Origin: Octopus sinensis
Taxonomy: Eukaryota
NCBI RefSeq assembly: GCF_006345805.1
Contig: NW_021828714.1
Coordinates: 1-7,850 of the forward strand
Reading direction: 5' to 3'
DNA: 7,850 nt
A program made the translations under genes and the position numbers. Shown one piece after another: positions 1-7,759 of the stretch; the stretch's first letter is position 1; each line of letters starts with the position of its first letter. The notes beneath the pieces were generated by a model. The model was not told where the DNA came from. It saw only the letters and a program-made list of their open reading frames with translations, and ran no database searches.

Positions 1-1039
1 TGACTACTTCAATACATTCTAAGCAATCAGCTAAAATCCTGTCGAATCCCCAAGTAACAACTGGCAGGTATTTAATGCATGGAACATGCTTGGATGGAGT
101 TGAAAGGCAAGAGGAGGTAATCCCTGTTTTTCTTTACCAGTGAGTGTTGCTAATTAAACCATCACCCATGTTGCTAATTGCACTTTAATTAGCAGATTGT
201 TCGCAGTCATTATCTCCTGTGTTAACATTTCCTTTATTTACATTTGACAGCAGTTCATTATAAAAAGTCTATTTGAAATGTCTCATCTTGTCAATCGGTT
301 TCTATTATTTGGTTATTAATAACCAAATTTTGAATATGTTTTCATAATGATGCCTTTAATGGACTTATGTCTGCAAGTTTATTTGAAGTATGATAATTTT
401 TTTTGTTTTATTCCAGTTTGTGAATTTGTTTTTCATATTAAAATTTTGCATGAAGTCACTACGTTTTACCCCCTTAATACATTTTGTTTGATTTTTAAAT
501 TTAAAATTTAAAACAAGATAAAAGAAAAGAAAAACAGTTTTCATTAGGAGCAGTGTTATATATTTTTTAATATAAAAATGAGAAATTTAAAAGCAAATAT
601 TTGAACAGCATTGTTAATAACAACAACATTGTGTAATTCCTTCTGTCACATATAATTCTTCAGAAAAGAACAAGCATTATCAATGTATTCTGTTTTTAAT
701 TTAATTATTTCTTCTCACAATTCAATTTAGCTGTTTTCAAATTATTTCAGAGATTGCACGTGTGTAGATAATGCAACACTTAAGGGACATTGATATTGAA
801 CAAGACAAGTTTACATATTTTCAGTTAATAATCTCATTACTTATTTCAACAGGAATAATCCTTTACAAGAGTCTTCCCCATGACCACCACCTCTCCTCCC
901 GCTCATCCTTCCACACCTTCTCTTCAGGCTAAAAAATTATTCTCAATTTTCAGTTTTCCAGGAAGCAAACGAATGTATCTGCCAATAATTTCCCAAACAT
1001 ATTTTTGATATTTTTGAGCAAACAGACAACTGACTAAAA

Positions 1040-1041
<2 letters not shown>

Positions 1042-1082
<41 letters not shown>
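1042..1082. repeat. (ATT)13 trinucleotide microsatellite
   Basis: Seen directly: 13 perfect ATT units at 1042-1080 plus AT. Confidence 0.97.
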
Positions 1083-1194
1083 GTAACATATTGAATTCTT
1101 CAGGCTGGAATTACCTATAAAAGATATTTATATTGGAGAATTAGAGTGGATGGGGATTGGGGGAAGGAAGAATATTTTTAAATCCTTCATTTAC

Positions 1195-1311
1195 TGATGA
1201 AGTAATTTTAATTACACATAATTTTATGAGTTCAAATAACAAGACACTGGAACGCCATCCTTCTTCACCGCCATTAATACAAAGATAATGAAGAACATAA
1301 TCCACCAACAT
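1195..1311 (-). CDS. Candidate coding exon of an unidentified host gene (3' boundary uncertain: 1216, 1195, or read-through to TAA at 1141-1143)
   Basis: Minus strand: T-rich tract then ...GTGAAATAG| acceptor (AG at 1313-1312). Phase-0 frame is open: MLVDYVLHYLCINGGEEGWRSSVLLFELIKLC(VIKITSS). Possible phase-0 donors are TGT|GTAATT (after 1216) and TCA|GTAAAT (after 1195). The phase matches the 5993-6091 exon. Hand-derived; no homologue recognised. Confidence 0.45.
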
Positions 1312-1372
1312 CTATTTCACAAAGACACAAATATTAAAGTAAACAATATTCTTGAAAAAAAATTTCTCCTTC

Positions 1373-1541
1373 TCATACATACTCATACATACGCTTATAC
1401 TCATACATACAAATATATATATACATGTATATTATATATAATATATATATATATAATATATATATAATATATGCATACATATATACATATATATATATAT
1501 GCATACATACATATATACATAAATATATACATGTATGTATG

Positions 1542-1577
<36 letters not shown>

Positions 1578-1660
1578 TATGCATGTATATATATATAGAT
1601 ATATATTTATACATACATACATATATACATAAATACATATATACATACATATATACATAC

Positions 1661-1707
<47 letters not shown>

Positions 1708-1834
1708 CATATATTCATACATATAGACATAGTTATATGCATGCATATATATATAGATATATAGATATATAGATATATACATACATACAGATATACATAC
1801 ATATATACATACATATATACATACATGTATATGT

Positions 1835-1885
<51 letters not shown>

Positions 1886-1919
1886 CATATACATGTATGT
1901 ATATATGTATATATTTATA
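1373..1919. repeat. Compound TA-rich microsatellite/low-complexity tract ((TA)n, (TACA)n, (TAGATA)n, CTCATACATA units)
   Basis: Seen directly. It accounts for the spurious YI/YM-rich ORFs at 1432-1826. Confidence 0.96.
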
Positions 1920-1939
1920 TAACTTAGAATAACTTAGAA
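1920..1939 (-). repeat. 3' terminal tandem tail of the CR1-type LINE, (TTCTAAGTTA)2
   Basis: Plus strand taacttagaa x2 at 1920-1929 and 1930-1939, ~70 nt downstream of the ORF2 stop. CR1-clade LINEs are known to end in short tandem repeats rather than poly(A), e.g. vertebrate CR1 (ATTCTRTG)n. Confidence 0.7.
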
Positions 1940-2006
1940 AGGCTTTTGCCAGTATTGGCCCAGGCCATGTCTAACTTAATAGCACCACCTGGCGAAGTCT
2001 TTCAAT

Positions 2007-3466
2007 TCAGGATTTGGGCACTGAGGCCCATTCGAGCAGAGAGTTATTGTTTGCGGAGACATATCCGGGTGTGGGTGGTTTGTCCGGGACTGTTTGAAGG
2101 AATTTGTCCAATGACTTCTTGAATTTTGTGTGGTCAGTTTCTGTTTTGACGTGTCCTGGTGTAATGTTGAAGAGAGCGGGTCCAATTGAGGTGAAATAGT
2201 TGTGCCGTATTGTCGTTATGTGATGCGATTTAGATTTTTGTTGTGGACGGATGGTACGTGGTCCAAGCCTTGGATGCATTTTGAAGGTGATGCCAACATC
2301 ATTCGGACAGTGCTGATGGAATATTTTCCACATCATACAGATAATGTAGCGTTCACGGCGTCGTTGGAGTGAATACAGTTTCAGCTTCTCTAGTTTACCC
2401 CAGTAGTCAAGGTATGACATGCCATCTACCTTTTTTGTGATTGACCTTTGGGGAGCTTCAATTCTCATGATATTTTGTTTTTGTGTAGGGAGACCACAGT
2501 GGACAGCAGTATTCAAGGTGGGGTCGGGCAAAATGGAGAAGAGAAGCATAATGGTGTGGGAATCTCTCGACTGGAAGGTTCTGAGAATCCAGGAACACAT
2601 TCTGCAGCCATATCAACTTTGCTGCTTATATGTGTAGCCCAGCTTATGTTGTTGTCCACTGTTACTCCCAAGTCTCTGATGTTGTTAGACGCCATGAGAA
2701 TTTCTCCAGAAGGAAGGGAGTATGGGAGTTTTAGAGCGTCCTCCCTTCCAAAGTGGATCAGTTCGAATTTGTCTTCGTTTAGTAACATGTTATTCTTTTC
2801 CGCCCATTGGAGAACAGCCAGTAGGTCTGACTGAAGGCTTATTCGGTCATCCACGCCATTGATGACCTTCTGGAGCTTGGAATCATCAGCGAAAGTTCTG
2901 ATGTTATTGTGTTTGATGGTGTCAGTAATATCATTAATGTAGATGATGAAGAGAAGTGGGTCCAACACAGTGCCTTGTGGGACACCACTGCTGACTTTTG
3001 CTGGGCTGGATTTGACTCCTTCGACTACAACATGTTGGGTTCTGTTAGACAGGAAGCACTTGATCCACTGCAGCAGCTTTCCAGTGACACCAATATTGGA
3101 CAGCTTTCTCAAAAGGATCTTATGTTCAACCCTGTCAAAGGCCTTGCTGAAATCAAGGAAGATGACATCAGTGTTGGAACCCTCTCCCAAGGCTCTCAAA
3201 ACGTCATCAAAATGATGCAGTAGCTGCGTCAGGCAATCCCTTCCATTACGGAATCCATGCTGGTTGGAGTTCAGCATATCATGACTCTCAAGGAAGTGAG
3301 TCATACGCGATCTCAGCACTCTCTCAAATACCATAATGATATGAGAGGTGAGTGAGATTGGACGGTAATTCACGGCAAGCGATTTGTTTCCTTTTTTGAA
3401 AACTGGGAATACAAACTGGGATAGGTCTTCTGGTATATATCCAGCATCCAGTGAGTTCCGCCACAG
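2007..3466 (-). pseudogene. Disrupted CR1-like ORF2 (reverse transcriptase), no endonuclease domain present
   Basis: Split across ORFs 2513-3568 (only from LWRNSL at 3466) and 2007-2600. Frameshift near 2605 and two compensating 1-nt indels near 2533 and 2480. Confidence 0.88.
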
Positions 3467-3478
3467 ATTGGCTCGAGT

Positions 3479-5727
3479 GGGCCCTTCCTCGGCCTCTTTT
3501 TGATCCACGACTATAGTTCGGTCATGGAGACGAGTTGCGGGAATGCGTGCCTCACAAACGGCGACCACACCTGTTCACCGTCGTCTACATAGAGCCGGAG
3601 ATGTCACAGTCTCAGCGCGTGTCTGCGCATCATCAACACGGCATGCCCAGCCCTCCTTTTAACGGGTTTGACAGCAAATGGATCGCCTGACCATCGGGAC
3701 GCATCCTTTCCACAAGAAGCGGAAGAGGATGCGTTCTAGTTTGGTGATGGTAGGGTCGGGACAAGGTACGACTGTCAGGCGGTAGTAGATGATGGACGCG
3801 ATGTACGCGTTCACCACCTCCGCCCGACCTTTTAGGGACAGTTTCCTCTCGGCCCATTGCTGGGCGAGAGTGACCACCCTACTCGTTATCTCGTTCCAGT
3901 TCTTCTCCATTTGGAGGTCCGGACCGAACCAGACCCCGAGCAACTCAACCGGGCCGTCTGTCCAGCGTCCCACGACGGAGGTACTGGTGGACGGCATGGG
4001 CTTGCTTCTCCAGGTGCCGAGCCGCAAGCCCACTGACTTTTCCCGGTTGATTTTTGCTCCTGTCACCGCTTCGTAGTCTTTCAGTGTCTCGCCGACCCGC
4101 TCGATGTGCTCGTGGCTTGACACTATGACGGTGACGTCGTCCGCGTATGCAGACACGCTCCTCCCGCATCCCAATTCTCGCGGGATGCCCCTTAGAGTCG
4201 CCAGCTTCCGCAGTAGTGGCTCAAGAGTCAATACGTGTAGAAGCGCCGAGAGGGGGCATCCCTGACGGACCGAACGTGCAATGTCGAAAGGTCTCGATAG
4301 ATGTCCATTTACGCGAATTACCGAACGGATGCCTCTGTACAAGGCAGCTATCCAGCCGCGGAAGACGGGACCGAAACCAGCCGCTCTCAGGACTGCCTCC
4401 AAGTATCGATGGTCTACCCTATCAAAGGCTTTCGATTGATCCAAGTTGATCAGGCCCCACCCATGCCAGGTTCGTTAACTACCCTGTCTATGATGTAGCG
4501 CATCAGATGGAGGTTGTCATGGATGCTCCGGTCCGGCACGGCGCACGTTTGTGCGTTGTCGACCAGTTTCTCGATGACAAGCGCCAACCTCTTGGCTAAC
4601 ACCTTTGTCAAAATTTTCAGGTCTGCATTGAGCAGCGTGATTGGTCTAAAGTTATCTATAATGTTTCCCTTGTTTGGATCTTTCTTCAGCAGAGTTACAG
4701 CTCCTCAACTCACAAAACCGGGTATGCTCCCGTTTTGCTGCCAGTTGCAGTATACCGCTGCCAAGACGTCTTCAAACAAGTCTGGCATACAATTGTAAAA
4801 CTCGTAGGGTAGACCATCCAAACCCGGTGATTTGTCCCTCGAGCATTCTGCTATCGCTTCCTGCACTTCCGCCGCCGTGATGGCACCTTCGCAGCACCCT
4901 GCCTTTCTTGTCGAGAGTCGTGGCAGGCTATGTAGGTAGGCACTGAAGTCCACCCTACGTTCTTGCCCTCCACTCGTCCCGAACAGTCGGGCAAAATGCT
5001 GCTGAAAGGCCTCACACATTTTACTTGGCTCGAGCAATTCGCGCCCCTGTTCATCTACCAGTGACCGAATGGTGGCTTTGTTGCCCTGTTGCGCCTCTGC
5101 CACCCGGCCTCTCTCGCGGCTCCAACACCTTCGTTCCTTAGAGCACGCATCCTAGCTCTGACAGCACATCCTTCGTGTTTGGCGTTGAAGTGTTGGTCGA
5201 GGGCCAACCTCGCCGCCAAAACGTCGGATGCGATGCCGCTTCTAATTGCCTCTTCTAGCTTCTTAACTAGCTCACCCTCTACTCTATTTCTATCTATGGC
5301 TAGTGCTTTGCTGTACCTAATCGCTTCTGCTTTTACTGCTCTCTTGAGGGCAAACCACCATTTGTTGTTGATGATGGCTCCCGTCAAAGCCCTCTTTACT
5401 AGTGTGCTAATCCGGTCTCTGAAAACTTGTCTGGACGGGAATGAGGCGTTCAGTTTCCAGTACCCAGGACCCTGTCTATGTGCCTTATCTAAGTCTAGCG
5501 TACACGTCACCAATTTGTGATCCGTGTAGCTGACTGTGTGGAATTGTGGACATCCTAAGTTATCCTTGTCTACTGTCCTACACAGTATCTTATCTAGATA
5601 CGATCTCGACGACCCACTGCGGTTGCTCCATGTCCACGTTGGTGCATTTGGGTGGTCGAGTCGGTACCTGTCAGACAGTTGGAATCGTCTGAGCAGGTCT
5701 CTGAGGCATTTGCATCCCCTTCTGTTT
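3479..5727 (-). mobile_element. L1/Tx1-clade non-LTR retrotransposon fragment, truncated at both ends (APE endonuclease C-terminus, linker, RT, part of the C-terminal region)
   Basis: Hand translation of 5725-5460 gives ...DRYRLDHPNAPTWTWSNRSGSSRSYLDKILC...SYTDHKLV...GPGYWKLN (APE SRID-like and SDH-like motifs, Tx1-type YWKLN). Then KSPGLDGLPYEFY, NFRPITLLNADLKIL, DQSKAFDRVDH, SVRQGCPLS, YADD (4136-4147), LLGVWF, LSLKGRA, FLWKG and KGGLGMP. Visibly higher GC than the flanks. Confidence 0.88.
3481..5725 (-). pseudogene. Disrupted Tx1-like ORF2 (endonuclease-reverse transcriptase)
   Basis: In-frame stops at 4705-4707 (TGA), 3604-3606 (TGA) and 3511-3513 (TAG). Single-base frameshifts near 5106, 4454, 3668 and 3637. 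Joins ORFs 5055-5513, 4705-5103 and 3659-4444 into one ancestral frame. Confidence 0.88.
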
Positions 5728-5728
5728 C

Positions 5729-5736
5729 ATAGATAC

Positions 5737-5769
<33 letters not shown>

Positions 5770-5778
5770 CAGATAGAC

Positions 5779-5844
<66 letters not shown>
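5729..5844. repeat. (ATAG/GATA)n tetranucleotide microsatellite, ~29 units with a few GACA/TACA interruptions
   Basis: Seen directly; abuts the truncated 5' end of the Tx1-like fragment. Confidence 0.97.
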
Positions 5845-5992
5845 CACAGAATACAATCTACAGATTGTTCTGCTTATAATTCAATTCCTAATTCATCCAG
5901 ACATATCCAAAAATTATGGTTCTATGAAAGATACACAGGATCGAACTCCGAAAATTTGTCTTTTCACATTATTTGAAGAATTTTTCACTTAC

Positions 5993-6091
5993 TGCTATGA
6001 CTGCCAAACCATCTTTTGGTTTTTTGGTACGTGTGAAATATTGGTTCAATTCCTTGGCCACATGTAATTTGTTATCTTTCGCAGTGTCATT
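5993..6091 (-). CDS. Internal 99-bp phase-0 coding exon of an unidentified host gene (NDTAKDNKLHVAKELNQYFTRTKKPKDGLAVIA)
   Basis: Minus strand: polypyrimidine tract TTTTCTTTTCTCCTAATTTCCTAG| (AG at 6093-6092) and consensus donor GCA|GTAAGTG (GT at 5992-5991). Length is exactly 33 codons. Only phase 0 is open; the other two frames hit TGA. Too short for the ORF track. Confidence 0.7.
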
Positions 6092-6125
6092 CTAGGAAAT
6101 TAGGAGAAAAGAAAATTATTATTTA

Positions 6126-6153
6126 CTAGAAGTATCGCCCGGCGTTGCTCGGG
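6126..6153 (-). other. Helitron 3' termination signal: GC-rich hairpin (6138-6153) plus terminal CTAG (6126-6129)
   Basis: CCCG/CGGG and GC/GC pair with a 1-nt bulge and 3-nt loop, 8 nt upstream of CTAG. Confidence 0.78.
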
Positions 6154-7512
6154 TTTGTAAGGGAAATAACCATATAAGCATTTTTAGAGAGTTATAGCGA
6201 AAAAATAGCAAGAAAATGCATTAAAAATGGGAAAACATGATGGTAATTTTTTTTTATCGTAGACTTATCGTAGACGCGCGCTAATACCCAGAAGGGCTCG
6301 TTATGAAGTATCGCCCGGCGTTGCTCGGGTTTGTAAGGAAAATAACCATATAAGCATTTTTAGAGAGTTATAGCCAAAAAATAGCAAGAAAATGCATTAA
6401 AAATGGGAAAAAATGATGGTAATTTTTTAAAATCGTAGACTTATCGTAGACGCGCGCTAATACCCAGAAGGGCTCGTTATGAAGTATCGCCCGGCGTTGC
6501 TCGGGTTTGTAAGGAAAATAACCATATAAGCATTTTTAGAGAGTTATAGCCAAAATATAGCAAGAAAATGCATTAAAAATGGGAAAAAATGATGGTAATT
6601 TTTTTAAAATCGTAGACTTATCGTAGACGCGCGCTAATACCCAAAAGGGCTCGTGATGAAGTATCGCCCGGCGTTGCTCGGGTTTGTAAGGGAAATAACC
6701 ATATAAGCATTTTTAGAGAGTTATAGCCAAAAAATAGCAAGAAAATGCATTAAAAATGGGGAAAAATGATGGTAATTTTTTAAAAATCGTAGACTTATCG
6801 TAGACGCGCGCTAATACCCAGAAGGGCTCGTTATGAAGTATCGCCCGGCGTTGCTCGGGTTTGTAAGGGAAATAACCATATAAGCATTTTTAGAGAGTTA
6901 TAGCCAAAAAATAGCAAGAAAATGCATTAAAAATGGGAAAAAATGATGGTAATTTTTTTAAAATCGTAGACTTATCGTAGACGCGCGCTAATACCCAGAA
7001 GGGTTCGTTATGAAGTATCGCCCGGCGTTGCTCGGGTTTGTAAGGGAAATAACCATATAAGCATTTTTAGAGAGTTATAGCGAAAATATAGCAAGAAAAT
7101 GCATTAAAAATGGGAAAAAATGATGGTAATGTTTTTAAAATCGTAGACTTATCGTAGTCGCGCGCTAATACCCAGAAGGGCTCGTTATGAAGTATCGCCC
7201 GGCGTTGCTCGGGTTTGTAAGGGAAATAACCATATAAGCATTTTTAGAGAGTTATAGCCAAAAAATAGCAAGAAAATGCATTAAAAATGGGAAAAAATGA
7301 TGGTAATTTTTTTTTATCGTAGACTTATCGTAGACGCGCGCTAATACCCAGAAGGGCTCGTTATGAAGTATCGCCCGGCGTTGCTCGGGTTTGTAAGGGA
7401 AATAACCATATAAGCATTTTTAGAGAGTTATAGCGAAAAAATAGCAAGAAAATGCATTAAACATGGGGAAAAATGATGGTAAATTTTTTTTAAATCGTTG
7501 ACTCATCGTAGA
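6129..7512. repeat. 176-177-bp tandem array: 7 full units plus a partial 8th that continues into the element body
   Basis: Units (GAAGTATCGCCCGGCG...) start at 6129, 6305, 6481, 6658, 6835, 7012, 7189 and 7365. They differ by only a few substitutions and A/T-run lengths. Confidence 0.97.
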
Positions 7513-7612
7513 CATTTTTAGAGAGTTACTTCCCTTATATAATAACGAAAAAATGCATTAAAATGAAGAAAATGATGGTAAATTGTTTTTAAAATCGTAG
7601 ACTCATCGCAGA
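7415..7612. repeat. Older, diverged ~98-100-bp internal subrepeat pair within the Helitron body
   Basis: CATTTTTAGAGAGTTA...AATGCATTAAA...AAAATGATGGTAAATT...AAATCGTWGACTCATCGYAGA occurs at 7415-7512 and 7513-7612. Confidence 0.88.
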
Positions 7613-7759
7613 CGCGCGTTAATACCCAGAAGGGCTCGATATGAATCACGACTATAAGATACCCGCTTTTGGTTACACTGCACCGCAAAATGTGGGAGTA
7701 GTTAGGAATCTAAATCGTATGAGACGGACAGCACACAACCTCACTTTTATATATAAAGA

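Larger units (their letters stand above)
1920..3478 (-). mobile_element. 5'-truncated non-LTR retrotransposon, CR1/L2 group (CR1-like): RT domain, C-terminal region, 3' UTR and tail
   Basis: Translation gives NYRPISLTS, NQHGFRNGRDC, FLDFSKAFDRVEH, SGVPQGTVL, FADD (2882-2893), DLGV, a frameshift-masked RPHLEYCCPLWSP (~2488-2526) and LKLYSLQRRRER. These are typical CR1/L2-group ORF2 motifs. Stop at 2007-2009, then a short 3' UTR and tandem tail. The right boundary lies within ~3467-3484. Confidence 0.88.
6126..7759 (-). mobile_element. Non-autonomous Helitron-like (rolling-circle) element with a tandemly amplified 3' end
   Basis: Minus strand starts 5'-TCTTTATATATAAAAG at 7759 and ends CCCGAGCAACGCCGGG-CGATACTT-CTAG-3' at 6126, followed by a host T. 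This is the canonical Helitron pattern: 5' TC, GC-rich subterminal hairpin, CTRR end, no TIR or TSD seen. No RepHel coding sequence. Confidence 0.8.

Noticed and set aside
3-143. Plus-strand open frame (TTSIHSKQ...VFLYQ*) with donor-like AG|GTATTT (68) and AG|GTAATC (117)
   Set aside because: Short, acceptor not visible, no recognisable homology, and opposite to the better-supported minus-strand gene.
492-513. AT-only palindromes (TTTTAAATTTAAAA)
   Set aside because: Expected by chance in very AT-rich sequence.
863-1104. Short minus-strand frames starting AG|CCTGAAGA (PEEFNMLH-polyN... and PEEKVWKDE...) and the 10-bp repeat TCTTCAGGCT at 921 and 1097
   Set aside because: Short, one depends on the ATT microsatellite, and a single 10-mer match is weak evidence.
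1149-1168. Possible G-quadruplex GGATGGGGATTGGGGGAAGG
   Set aside because: Only two runs of three or more G; equally explained as a minus-strand pyrimidine tract.
1432-1826. Three Y/I/M-rich ORFs
   Set aside because: Translations of the TA/TACA microsatellite.
3467-3568. N-terminus of the 351-aa ORF as a real start of the CR1 RT
   Set aside because: It is Tx1-derived DNA read out of frame; the proper frame reads VWSPFVRHAFPQLVSMTEL*SWIKKRPRKG.
2419-5748. Plus-strand ORFs (2419, 2448, 2909, 2943, 3789, 4147, 4301, 4514, 4674, 5089, 5536) and off-frame minus ORFs
   Set aside because: Antisense or alternate-frame shadows of the LINE ORF2 sequences, with no recognisable motifs.
5671-5856. 61-aa ORF with (SIYL)n
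   Set aside because: Translation of the (TATC)n microsatellite running out of frame into the Tx1 fragment.
6129-7512. CRISPR-like array, or an RT-associated array system (retron/DGR-like), given its proximity to two RTs
   Set aside because: Units are near-identical along their whole length with no unique spacers. No cas genes are present. The RTs are ordinary eukaryotic LINE ORF2 fragments separated from the array by a microsatellite and a host exon. Helitron termini explain the array.
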